DNA of 32,000 bases, from assembly GCA_048882505.1 (NCBI GenBank), contig JBHLRO010000016.1, forward strand, positions 30,001 through 62,000, given 5' to 3'. The DNA is from Candidatus Thorarchaeota archaeon. GTDB taxonomy: Archaea; Asgardarchaeota; Heimdallarchaeia; Hodarchaeales; Hodarchaeaceae. Both the position numbers and the translations under genes were made by a program. Positions 1 to 8,045 of the stretch are shown in pieces. Below the pieces are notes generated by a model. It was not told the DNA's origin. It did not search any database and was given only the letters and a program-made list of their open reading frames with translations. Within the stretch, counting starts at the first letter, position 1. Each line of letters begins with the position of its first letter.

Positions 1-7
1 GAAAGCC

Positions 8-2695
8 TTGGATGTCTATCTGCCAGAGAATGGGATAAAAAAGAGAAAAAGAAAGAACCCAATTTTTAAGAAAGATACACCCACCAAATCAAATAGCGTA
101 AAGGATCTGATAAATCCCCCTCGTCAGAGAAAAAGGTTGGGAAGATTATCAATTGAAGATATTTATTCTGAACTTGAAAATTCTGGAAGATTCTCGGAGA
201 AGGTCCTCAGAAAGATCATGGATTTACTGTTTAAATACAGGTCACATTACGTAAAAAACCAACCCGTATTTTGGGACAAAGTTTTCAAATCTCTAAGAAG
301 TCTTGGTCAACGCACAGAGATTTTGAATATTGAGAGGGACGAAATCGTTGAACTAAGGGCAATAGCTAATGAATTAAGGAAGTTTACAAGTCAATTTTCT
401 AAGCAGACTTGCGATAGAGATGAAATATCTATACAGACAGCTCGTCTTTTCTACGATTTTATTGATGGAAAAATCTCTCTTTTCAGTAGAATATTCAAGT
501 CTGGATCATTATCAGATGAACATCAAGAATCAATGTATAGAGCACTTTGCGCAGAATTAACAGGAAATAAACCAGACAGTATGGTTACAAGGATATTAAA
601 GGATAGATATGAATCTACTCTTCTGATAAGAGAAGGAATTACAATAATCCGTACCCACAAATTCTGTGATACGAAGACTCATCTAGGAATTGTAAGTGAG
701 GTTTTGGATTTAGATGCAAATTATCCCGTCATTTCTGATGATTATGTTCCCCTAAGTAACACGATCCTAAGTCTCGACATTGCCGATTTAAACAGGCTAA
801 TCACTCACATTGGTAAAATTGATTATCTGAAAAGTTTTACTTTACACGTAATAGACGAAACAGGGAATTTTAGTTCATCCACATTGCCTGAGAAATTTAT
901 TGGTAAAATAACCAAACATCTAGGTAAATTGACGGGCTTAAAAGATGAAGAATTATATCAGTGGTTTATCGACCTTTTTGCGGATGAAAGAACTTTTTAT
1001 TTTGATAACTTCGGTGATGCTAATTGGTTTAGGCAAGCTAGAAAATCGAATGAGTTATTAAGGCTCTATACGCAGCTTTATGAGACATTTGTAAAATTTC
1101 ATTACACTGAAACACCAAATAACGATCAAATCTTGATTAAGAAGGTCAGGAATACACTTAATAGATTCTTTGAAAATGCCGAGTCATTCAAACTATTTTC
1201 CTCCAATACCAAAACTCTAAGAGGTATATCTAATGATTACTGGCTTAACTGCCTTAAATCCATCAGCCAAGATGAACTGGGATATATCCTTCATTTTGAT
1301 TTTAAGGAGTTGCAGGAAAGAACTTCTTTAGAGCAAGTAAGGAACGGAAAAAGGGGATTTTTCAACAGATTAAGGTACAAACACACCACACGTAGTGAAA
1401 TTTATCCCGATCAATGGGAGGGTGTCATTTATGATAATATGGGGAAATTGGTAGGTGAATCATACCATAAATCCCAAAAATATGACTTTCGGATAAGAAA
1501 AGAAATCAGGTTCTGGAATAACACATTTCGAGAGAAGATCCTAAATGACCTCAAAAACATGGCTAGAATTAATTTCAAAAGATTTCCACGTTATCTTGAT
1601 AAAAACACGGAATTTGGGAGGTATTTAGTAAACATTTGGCTGGAGGCCGGATATCTAAGACCTGCAGAGTATCTGGAATCTCTCGTTACTCCACAGAATA
1701 ATCCTTTAAACTTATTAAAGGAAAAAAGGGTCAAATTTCGGGTAATTAAAGCTGAAAACATCCTTCTCAATGATTACGTTCTTAAGAATCCTTCATTTGA
1801 GTTAAACCAGTTTGTCCAGAGTTTTAACAATGACTATTTAATCAAGAAGAGTATTCAGAGTGATAGCATTGTCGAAGAAGTTATTGAAAAAGGGCTTCCA
1901 TATAAGTACTTGAGTGCGAGTACAAAAAGGCAAGTTCCAATTCCTAGACTATCGAAACGCCACGGAATTGCCTATGCAAATATCTTTAACGAAACCGAAA
2001 ATGCTGCAGCCATTAGGATTTTTCTAGATCTGCTGATAAACAGTGACGCGGGTAAAAAGGTTATAAAAAGGTTAGGATTTATTTCTCAACGGAATCTTGA
2101 AGAAATTCTAAAGAGAGGAAATAAAACCAAACTTGTAAGTAGTTGGAAACAAGGCGTACAAACTTCTAATGTCAATATTAATCTTGGGGGAATACCTGAT
2201 GGGGTGGTTGCCCTCAAGCAAGGTGAATCCTATTCAAATGAATTCTTTGTAGAATATATAGGGTTGGGAAAAGCTTCTCAAGGGACTTACTCGTTGCGGA
2301 ATACTAGCCTATTTTCCAATCTAATCGCTGACTTACTGCGAGTGGCGTGTAATTCAGCGGGAGGTAAACCAGGTATTGTAGTCTATGGCAGCCTGGATGA
2401 GTTTAATGAAATTGCTTACACTATTTTCTGGTTCAACAATCAGTCCATATCTAGATTAAAAAAAGTGGGTGCCAATTTTGCTGTTGATTTAAACCGTCCT
2501 ATGATCCAAGAAATTATAAATGAACCCCATAGTTCATTATTGGCCCGTTTAAATGAGGTTTTCTTTGATACTTCTACCATAGATTTTGGAGAAGACCTGC
2601 TTAAATTCACAGTTGTACCCCTAAGTCATAGAAATATGTTTGCATTATATTACAGGCTTTGTCAAATTCTACTTGGTCTGCAATCTGATTTTTGA
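8..2695 (+). CDS. Large hypothetical protein (>=895 aa) with a possible C-terminal PD-(D/E)XK nuclease-like motif; frame is open to the left edge, so it may be 5'-partial
   Basis: Long AT-rich ORF. Codons at 2-7 (AAA GCC) are in frame with no stop. Motif GGIPDGVV...FFVEY at about 2186-2257. No family recognised. Confidence 0.75.
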   Translation: MDVYLPENGIKKRKRKNPIFKKDTPTKSNSVKDLINPPRQRKRLGRLSIEDIYSELENSGRFSEKVLRKIMDLLFKYRSHYVKNQPVFWDKVFKSLRSLGQRTEILNIERDEIVELRAIANELRKFTSQFSKQTCDRDEISIQTARLFYDFIDGKISLFSRIFKSGSLSDEHQESMYRALCAELTGNKPDSMVTRILKDRYESTLLIREGITIIRTHKFCDTKTHLGIVSEVLDLDANYPVISDDYVPLSNTILSLDIADLNRLITHIGKIDYLKSFTLHVIDETGNFSSSTLPEKFIGKITKHLGKLTGLKDEELYQWFIDLFADERTFYFDNFGDANWFRQARKSNELLRLYTQLYETFVKFHYTETPNNDQILIKKVRNTLNRFFENAESFKLFSSNTKTLRGISNDYWLNCLKSISQDELGYILHFDFKELQERTSLEQVRNGKRGFFNRLRYKHTTRSEIYPDQWEGVIYDNMGKLVGESYHKSQKYDFRIRKEIRFWNNTFREKILNDLKNMARINFKRFPRYLDKNTEFGRYLVNIWLEAGYLRPAEYLESLVTPQNNPLNLLKEKRVKFRVIKAENILLNDYVLKNPSFELNQFVQSFNNDYLIKKSIQSDSIVEEVIEKGLPYKYLSASTKRQVPIPRLSKRHGIAYANIFNETENAAAIRIFLDLLINSDAGKKVIKRLGFISQRNLEEILKRGNKTKLVSSWKQGVQTSNVNINLGGIPDGVVALKQGESYSNEFFVEYIGLGKASQGTYSLRNTSLFSNLIADLLRVACNSAGGKPGIVVYGSLDEFNEIAYTIFWFNNQSISRLKKVGANFAVDLNRPMIQEIINEPHSSLLARLNEVFFDTSTIDFGEDLLKFTVVPLSHRNMFALYYRLCQILLGLQSDF

Positions 2696-2764
2696 ATTCC
2701 ATGAACGCAAAAAATTTAATGAAAACAAGTCTTCTAACTGCCCCATTCTAAGAAACAAAGATAG

Positions 2765-2962
2765 TGGGCACGGTCGGATTTGAACCGACGATTTCTGTAC
2801 ACCCTGCATTCTGCAAGGGTGACACCAGGTTTCCTCTGTTTTCCAGAACATCATCATGAGGTCAGTAAACCTAGTGGAGTTCATTGGAAGATCTGGAGCC
2901 TAGCGCGATACGTAGCCGTCCTTATTTAGTATAAACAAGGGCGCTAGCTTCGCTACGTGCCC
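2765..2962 (-). tRNA. trnW: tRNA-Trp(CCA) with three introns: D-loop 2912-2943 (32 nt), canonical 37/38 2831-2892 (62 nt), variable loop 2793-2822 (30 nt)
   Basis: Acceptor GGGCACG/CGTGCCC+A; D stem GCGA/TCGC; anticodon stem CTAGG/CCTGG with loop CT-CCA-GA; T arm GTCGG-TTCAAAT-CCGAC. Spliced length is 74 nt. The D-loop intron has a full BHB (helix AGCT/GGCT, bulges AGC/ACG). The other two have relaxed BHBs. Confidence 0.9.
2831..2892 (-). ncRNA. Intron-encoded box C/D guide RNA of pre-tRNA-Trp (predicted Cm34 and Cm39)
   Basis: D' CTGA at 2865-2862, C' ATGATGA at 2857-2851, D-like CAGA at 2838-2835. D' guide CACTAGGTTT pairs with AAACCTGGTG, putting D+5 on C39. D guide TCTGGA pairs with TCCAGA, putting D+5 on C34. 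This is the layout known from euryarchaeal tRNA-Trp introns. Confidence 0.8.
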
Positions 2963-3066
2963 GTTAAATCAAGCAACATGTATTATTCTTCGAAGAAAGA
3001 GGAAAGGGATTGATGTTAAGAAATTTTTGTGGATTCTTCCGAAACGTACTTTACACATGCAAGGAA

Positions 3067-3140
3067 ATTGGATCAGCCTAGCGCGATACATACCCGAACC
3101 CGCTGTACGCGAGCGAGTCCTCTAGCTTCGCTACGTGCCC
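3067..3140 (-). pseudogene. Truncated 5' copy of tRNA-Trp with its own 32-nt D-loop intron (3090-3121) and the anticodon deleted
   Basis: Exon segments GGGCACGTAGCGAAGCTAG and GTATCGCGCTAGGCT are identical to trnW. They are followed by GATCCAAT instead of CCAGATCTTCCAAT. There is no T arm or 3' acceptor strand before trnW begins. Confidence 0.8.
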
Positions 3141-3172
3141 GAGTATAGCAGTTAACTGTGCCTTATGTCATG

Positions 3173-3928
3173 TTAAAAAAAGGCTTCTTGGCAGGTTATT
3201 TCCCGGAAGTTCAAGACTGAATTTCGTGGAACAGGATAGATATGATTGAAGAGATCAAAACAGCGCGAAACAGAGCATAGGATTGCCGAATCATGAGACA
3301 AAGTTATTCCTTTAGTCTTTTGTTTTAAAAGCGAATCGACCGACTTGGTCACCTTGCAAATTCCATCCATACCTATTTTGGCCATCACATTACGCACAAT
3401 AGTAGCATGGGTCTTACTATGACTTCTCTGTCTATCCAATAAAATTACTACTCTGAGGGGTTGAAAAGGCAGAAGACCCAAAAGGAAGGATTCAATGAAT
3501 CTCTCTTCAATCTGGAGATTTTTCTTTGAATGGAGGGATGAAAAAATGTCGCGAAGAAGATTATCTCGACACAATATTAGAGGGTCCTTGTTAGCAAGAG
3601 AATAATAAGTAGACAATTGATTATAGCCATCCACATAAAGAATGTTATCTCTGAGGTCGTCAGGGTCACGGATTAGTTTCCTTTCAATCTCTTGAACTTC
3701 CAATAAAGGAAGAGCCGCGCGACTTAGGATATTCCGATATACTTGATCCAAATTATGGTGATTGGCTACGAACGTTAGGGCGCTGGTTTTCGGATATCCG
3801 CGATCAAGACAGTATACCAGATCGCAATACGGGTTAAGCAACCGTTCAAAAGCCGTCTTTAGAAAGATGGTTAGATTGTTCACAGGTCGGTATCTTTCCT
3901 TTTTTATAAATGTCTTTAATGAATTCAA
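3173..3928 (-). CDS. DUF434-family protein with a PIN/NYN-like C-terminal part; true start may be GTG at 3883
   Basis: DLVYCLDRGY...ALTFVANHHNL...RNILSR and LYVDGYNQL motifs typical of archaeal DUF434 proteins. Confidence 0.7.
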   Translation of the reverse strand: MNSLKTFIKKERYRPVNNLTIFLKTAFERLLNPYCDLVYCLDRGYPKTSALTFVANHHNLDQVYRNILSRAALPLLEVQEIERKLIRDPDDLRDNILYVDGYNQLSTYYSLANKDPLILCRDNLLRDIFSSLHSKKNLQIEERFIESFLLGLLPFQPLRVVILLDRQRSHSKTHATIVRNVMAKIGMDGICKVTKSVDSLLKQKTKGITLSHDSAILCSVSRCFDLFNHIYPVPRNSVLNFREITCQEAFF

Positions 3929-4481
3929 TCAATTGCTTTGTGGCGAGATAACGATGTGATATGAATTTTTTTTCCTCTCCTAGATCACCGTAGGTTTTGT
4001 TTCCTGGATGGTCCGGAATGAAGATAGGATCATATCCCCAACCGCTCCCAGAGGCATGATGTGCGATCCTACCATTAACCAAACCATTGAACGCACGGAT
4101 CGTTTTATTAAATTTGAAGGCAATAGATGATTGGAAATTCGCTTTCCGATCAATTACTCCCTGCATTAAAGTGAGAATTCCATCTAATCCTAATGTTCTA
4201 TAGGAAAATGATGAAAAAGGCCCAGGAAATCCTTTCAGAGCCCGAATGAACAATCCCGAATCTTCCACAAATACAGGAAAGTTTTCTATATCACCATTGG
4301 TGATTTCGGATAACGATTTGAGGGCAAAGGTAGAAATCTTCTCTAAATCGAAGGATTGAAGCTCTGGAAGTTCAAGATCCAATTGCATTAATTTAAAACT
4401 GGTAAAGCGGCTAAAAAGATGCTTGACTTCGTCAAACTTATGAGAATTCGATGTAACAAATATGATGGTTTCTATAGGCAT
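3846..4481 (-). CDS. rdgB: Non-canonical purine NTP pyrophosphatase (RdgB/HAM1/ITPase)
   Basis: FVTSNSHK, EDSGLFIRALKGFPG, GWGYDPIF and SHR motifs. ATG at 4481 chosen; the ORF track extends to 4505. Confidence 0.93.
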   Translation of the reverse strand: MPIETIIFVTSNSHKFDEVKHLFSRFTSFKLMQLDLELPELQSFDLEKISTFALKSLSEITNGDIENFPVFVEDSGLFIRALKGFPGPFSSFSYRTLGLDGILTLMQGVIDRKANFQSSIAFKFNKTIRAFNGLVNGRIAHHASGSGWGYDPIFIPDHPGNKTYGDLGEEKKFISHRYLATKQLIEFIKDIYKKGKIPTCEQSNHLSKDGF

Positions 4482-4695
4482 AGCAATAACAACTCTAATT
4501 GGCATTAGAAATTTACCAATATTCTGTTTGCGGTACCAGAATTGGAGAGGTTTTGTATACCAGACAAAAAAAGATGTTGAAAAAGAAAAGAAAAAAAGCC
4601 TGGACTAACCACCGTCTTGTGAGTGCAAAAACAGTTTAAATTGGATTAATGTTTTTGATTTTCTAAATTAAGCCGATCTGTTGAAGGATATATTC

Positions 4696-5154
4696 ATGGC
4701 ACGTATGCACGCGCGACGGAAAGGAAAAAGTAGATCTAAACGACCTATATGGAGAAAAACTCCAGATTGGGTGCCATATTCAGCTGAAGAAATCGAGCAA
4801 TTGGTGATAGAAAAAGCCGGAGAAGGGAGTGGATCAGCCCAAATTGGAATGATTCTTCGAGATGCCTATGCAGTTCCAAGTGTAAAGAAAATAACTGGAA
4901 AATCTATTTCTAAAATTATGATGGAGAATGATCTAGGGCCAAAAATGCCTGAGGATTTTCTGAATCTTGTACGGAAGGCAATTAATTTAAGGAAACATCT
5001 CGAAACAGGAAATAAGAAAGACAAACATTCTCAACGAGGTTTGCAGCTAACAGAGTCCAAGATTAGGCGTCTTGTAAAATATTACCGTAAGCGAGGAATA
5101 TTTGAAATCGATTTTAAGTATGAACCAGATAATGCACCGCTTTATCTGCGTTAG
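4696..5154 (+). CDS. rps15: 30S ribosomal protein uS15 (archaeal S15 / eukaryotic S13 type)
   Basis: [13 protein letters not shown]-terminus, GMILRD, PED...[31 protein letters not shown]. Confidence 0.98.
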   Translation: MARMHARRKGKSRSKRPIWRKTPDWVPYSAEEIEQLVIEKAGEGSGSAQIGMILRDAYAVPSVKKITGKSISKIMMENDLGPKMPEDFLNLVRKAINLRKHLETGNKKDKHSQRGLQLTESKIRRLVKYYRKRGIFEIDFKYEPDNAPLYLR

Positions 5155-5253
5155 CGGCAAAATTATATCTACATTCGTCTTATTAACGCTGAACGAATAA
5201 TACTTGGGCATCCAGATCATGATCCCCCTAAATAGCTGAACGAAGGATCTCCC

Positions 5254-6183
5254 GTGTCAGACCAGCAAATTGAGTCAATAGAACTTGTTGAAAAAAAATT
5301 ATTAGAAATATCGAACATAGAGGCTCGAGCTCGAGATATAAAACAACAAAGGGAGGAATTTAACCGAAAGGTAACTACTATCGCTAATAAAAGGAACTTA
5401 CTCAACGAACAGGTCAAAGAACTAATCAAAACTGCCAAGGAAGAGCGGGAAAAGCGAGACAATTGTAACGAAACTATTTCGGAAATTAAATCGAAAAAAG
5501 GCCTTTTACTCAAAGAACTGAATGGTTTCAATGAACAGGCCAAAAGATTTGATCAACAACTAAGTGAAAGGCAAGAACGGGAAACAAAAGGAAACTTCAG
5601 ACGCTCCCCCGGCGTTTCCGCGAAAAGAATACGTAGAGAAATTCGACAGCTAGAATGGAAATTGACAACGACCCCTAACTTACCTATAATGGAAGAACGA
5701 GAACTAGTCGAACGTATTACCAGATTAGAAGAAAAAATCCGCGATGTCCAAGAGGGCGATGTAATTGCCCGTGATCTTCAGACAATATTGGGACGAATAA
5801 ACGCTTTAAAAGGAAAATTTCGGGCTCTGGATCATCAGCTCAAGAACCAGGCCCGAGAAAGTCGTTTCCATCATAAAACGATGATACAAGCTTTCAAGAA
5901 TGCGGATATCTTGCGAAAGCAGGCAGATGAGCTTCATGCCCAGTTCTTAAATACAAAAGACCAGGCTAATGCGATACATAATGAGTATCTGGGATATATA
6001 CGTGAAATCAACCGAATCAGACAGGATCTGAATAAGACAAAGCAGAAAACACGGGCCAGACGGGAGAAGATCGAACGGGAGAAAATAGAAGAAAAAGTTG
6101 AAGATGCGAAGCGAAAATTTGAAGAGGGGAGAAAGCTTTCTTTCGAAGAGTTTCGTACTTTAATTAGCAAGGGTATGATCTAA
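5254..6183 (+). CDS. Archaeal coiled-coil protein (COG1340-like)
   Basis: Almost entirely heptad-rich helix. EIRQLEWKLTT.....EERELVERI and C-terminal KFEEGRKLSFEEF are typical of this family. Confidence 0.7.
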   Translation: MSDQQIESIELVEKKLLEISNIEARARDIKQQREEFNRKVTTIANKRNLLNEQVKELIKTAKEEREKRDNCNETISEIKSKKGLLLKELNGFNEQAKRFDQQLSERQERETKGNFRRSPGVSAKRIRREIRQLEWKLTTTPNLPIMEERELVERITRLEEKIRDVQEGDVIARDLQTILGRINALKGKFRALDHQLKNQARESRFHHKTMIQAFKNADILRKQADELHAQFLNTKDQANAIHNEYLGYIREINRIRQDLNKTKQKTRARREKIEREKIEEKVEDAKRKFEEGRKLSFEEFRTLISKGMI

Positions 6184-6353
6184 AGAAAGATAACCTGGAT
6201 TATAGTTCAGATATCAGGACCGGTGCACTTAGAACCAAAGCCCACAAAAAGAAATCCGGGTGGGTACAACTTCTTTCAGATTACGATGAGCTAGTGTGGG
6301 GAGGAGTTTTTTATCCGTAATATACTGCTATCATCTACCGATAAAGAACCATT

Positions 6354-6358
6354 AGGAG
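6354..6358 (+). promoter_or_regulatory. Shine-Dalgarno AGGAG, 9 nt before the ATT at 6368
   Basis: Same 9-nt spacing as at the ATG/GTG starts 8660 and 19581. Confidence 0.6.
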
Positions 6359-6367
6359 TAATACGTC

Positions 6368-7771
6368 ATTTTAGAGAATTCAACAATTCCGCATAAAGAA
6401 GCGCTATCCCAGATATGCCACGAGATCGTTACAAGGCTCCAACAAATCCCTCGTGATCAACTAGTTCACATCTTTGCTCATCCTGAAGCCGATGGACAGT
6501 GTGCAGCAGCGATACTAATTTCCTCTCTCTCTCAAATCGGATTTTCTTTCCATTTACGGTTTACAGGATATGAATTGACTCACGCGGATTTAGAAAAAAT
6601 AGAGATGACGCTTCCAAGTGGAAGTAATGTAATTTTTATCGACATTGGAACCGAAAACCTTGAGACACTTGAATTCTGGGACGTGAATCAGGTCTATATT
6701 CTGGATCATCACTCGAGACCCAAAGAACGTGAATTAGCAAAGAATGTTCAATTGTTCAATCCTCTTATCTTCACGAATGATATGACGGTACAAATATCGA
6801 GTTCAGCGTTGAGCTATTATATAGGAACCAGTATTTCATCAAAAAACACGTATCTATCCATTTTTGTAATAATTGGTACATTAGGTGAGCGTTCAACGTT
6901 AAATGGAGCGTTTAGAAATATAATCAAAGAAGCAAAACGTTTTAAGCTCATTTCAAATGATAAAGCGGTCTGGTTTCCAGATAGGTCTCTATCTATTACA
7001 TCGGTATTGCAAAATGCTGAATTGCCTAGATTAAATACAAGAGAACAGGTCGAAGAGTTTCTTAAAAGACTAGATATCCCGATATTGGCAAAAGAAAAAT
7101 CACGATCATTTTATGACCTTTCTGAGAGCGAAAATCGCCGATTAATTTCCGAATTAACAACAAATTATGGTATTAATCCAAAAAACCTCATAAAACATGA
7201 TTATCAAATAATTAATGAACCAGTAGCCAGTTTAAGAGATGCACGAACTTTTGCTGCAAAATTAAACATTTTTGGGTGGCTTCAACGCCCAGATATCGGA
7301 TTAGCATTGTGTTTGGGGGATCGTGAAGAAGCCTTACGTGACGCAATTTCCGTAGAAGAAGAGTTTAATGGTATAATGCAGAAAGAATTGGATTGGGTTA
7401 CGTTTGAAGAGAAAAGTCAGAAATTTAAGGCGATATACTTCTTTGACGGGAGAAACTCCGGTATTACAGTACCCATATTGGCACCACTTATTAATACGCT
7501 AGGAAAACGTAGAGAGCTTCTTCCCAGACCAGTTCTAGGATGCGTAAGGACTAAATTAGGAGAAATAATGATTCGGGTAACGAATAGTCATTCATTAGGA
7601 ACCAATTTTGATTGTCAGAATCTTATAAACACAATGAAAGGCTTTATGGGACCAAAAGCTCGACTTAGTCGGTCATCTATTGGTACTTATGGTTTGATCG
7701 TGCCCGAAGGTGAGCTTTCTTCTCTTGTTAAAAGAACTGATAACTATTTAGCAGAAAACACGAAAATGTGA
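6368..7771 (+). CDS. DHH-family RecJ/Cdc45-like protein (GAN, GINS-associated nuclease ortholog); probable ATT start, 467 aa
   Basis: HPEADG (motif I, upstream of the ORF-track start at 6575), FIDIG, ILDHH, GTLGER, LGLALCLGD. Lies between rps15 and pcc1/rps3Ae as in the conserved archaeal cluster. The frame is open from 6362 with no ATG/GTG/TTG before 6575. Confidence 0.8.
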   Translation: MLENSTIPHKEALSQICHEIVTRLQQIPRDQLVHIFAHPEADGQCAAAILISSLSQIGFSFHLRFTGYELTHADLEKIEMTLPSGSNVIFIDIGTENLETLEFWDVNQVYILDHHSRPKERELAKNVQLFNPLIFTNDMTVQISSSALSYYIGTSISSKNTYLSIFVIIGTLGERSTLNGAFRNIIKEAKRFKLISNDKAVWFPDRSLSITSVLQNAELPRLNTREQVEEFLKRLDIPILAKEKSRSFYDLSESENRRLISELTTNYGINPKNLIKHDYQIINEPVASLRDARTFAAKLNIFGWLQRPDIGLALCLGDREEALRDAISVEEEFNGIMQKELDWVTFEEKSQKFKAIYFFDGRNSGITVPILAPLINTLGKRRELLPRPVLGCVRTKLGEIMIRVTNSHSLGTNFDCQNLINTMKGFMGPKARLSRSSIGTYGLIVPEGELSSLVKRTDNYLAENTKM

Positions 7772-8043
7772 ACCTATTGTCAATTAAAGAAATACAGATC
7801 CAGATTCAAGTAGAGGTAGAAAATGAGGAAGCGGGAAACAGTATTTGTGCTGCCCTTAATCCTGACAATCTAGTAGATCCTCCTATGATTATTTCAATGA
7901 AATACACGGAGAAGGCAGTGAAGATAGATGTAAATCACGTGGTAGGGATTGAAACAGCTCTTTCAACCATTAACGACCTATTGTTAGCACTGATTGTTTC
8001 CGAGGAAGGGATAATGAAGATTGAACAAAAACTCGGAAAATAA
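7768..8043 (+). CDS. pcc1: KEOPS complex subunit Pcc1
   Basis: 91 aa with AALNPDN and STINDLL motifs. GTGA overlap with the upstream gene. Conserved gene context. Confidence 0.85.
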   Translation: MNLLSIKEIQIQIQVEVENEEAGNSICAALNPDNLVDPPMIISMKYTEKAVKIDVNHVVGIETALSTINDLLLALIVSEEGIMKIEQKLGK

Positions 8044-8045
8044 CA

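Noticed and set aside
2669-2884. 71-aa minus-strand ORF in the track
   Set aside because: It runs through tRNA-Trp exons and introns, so it is a shadow of the RNA gene.
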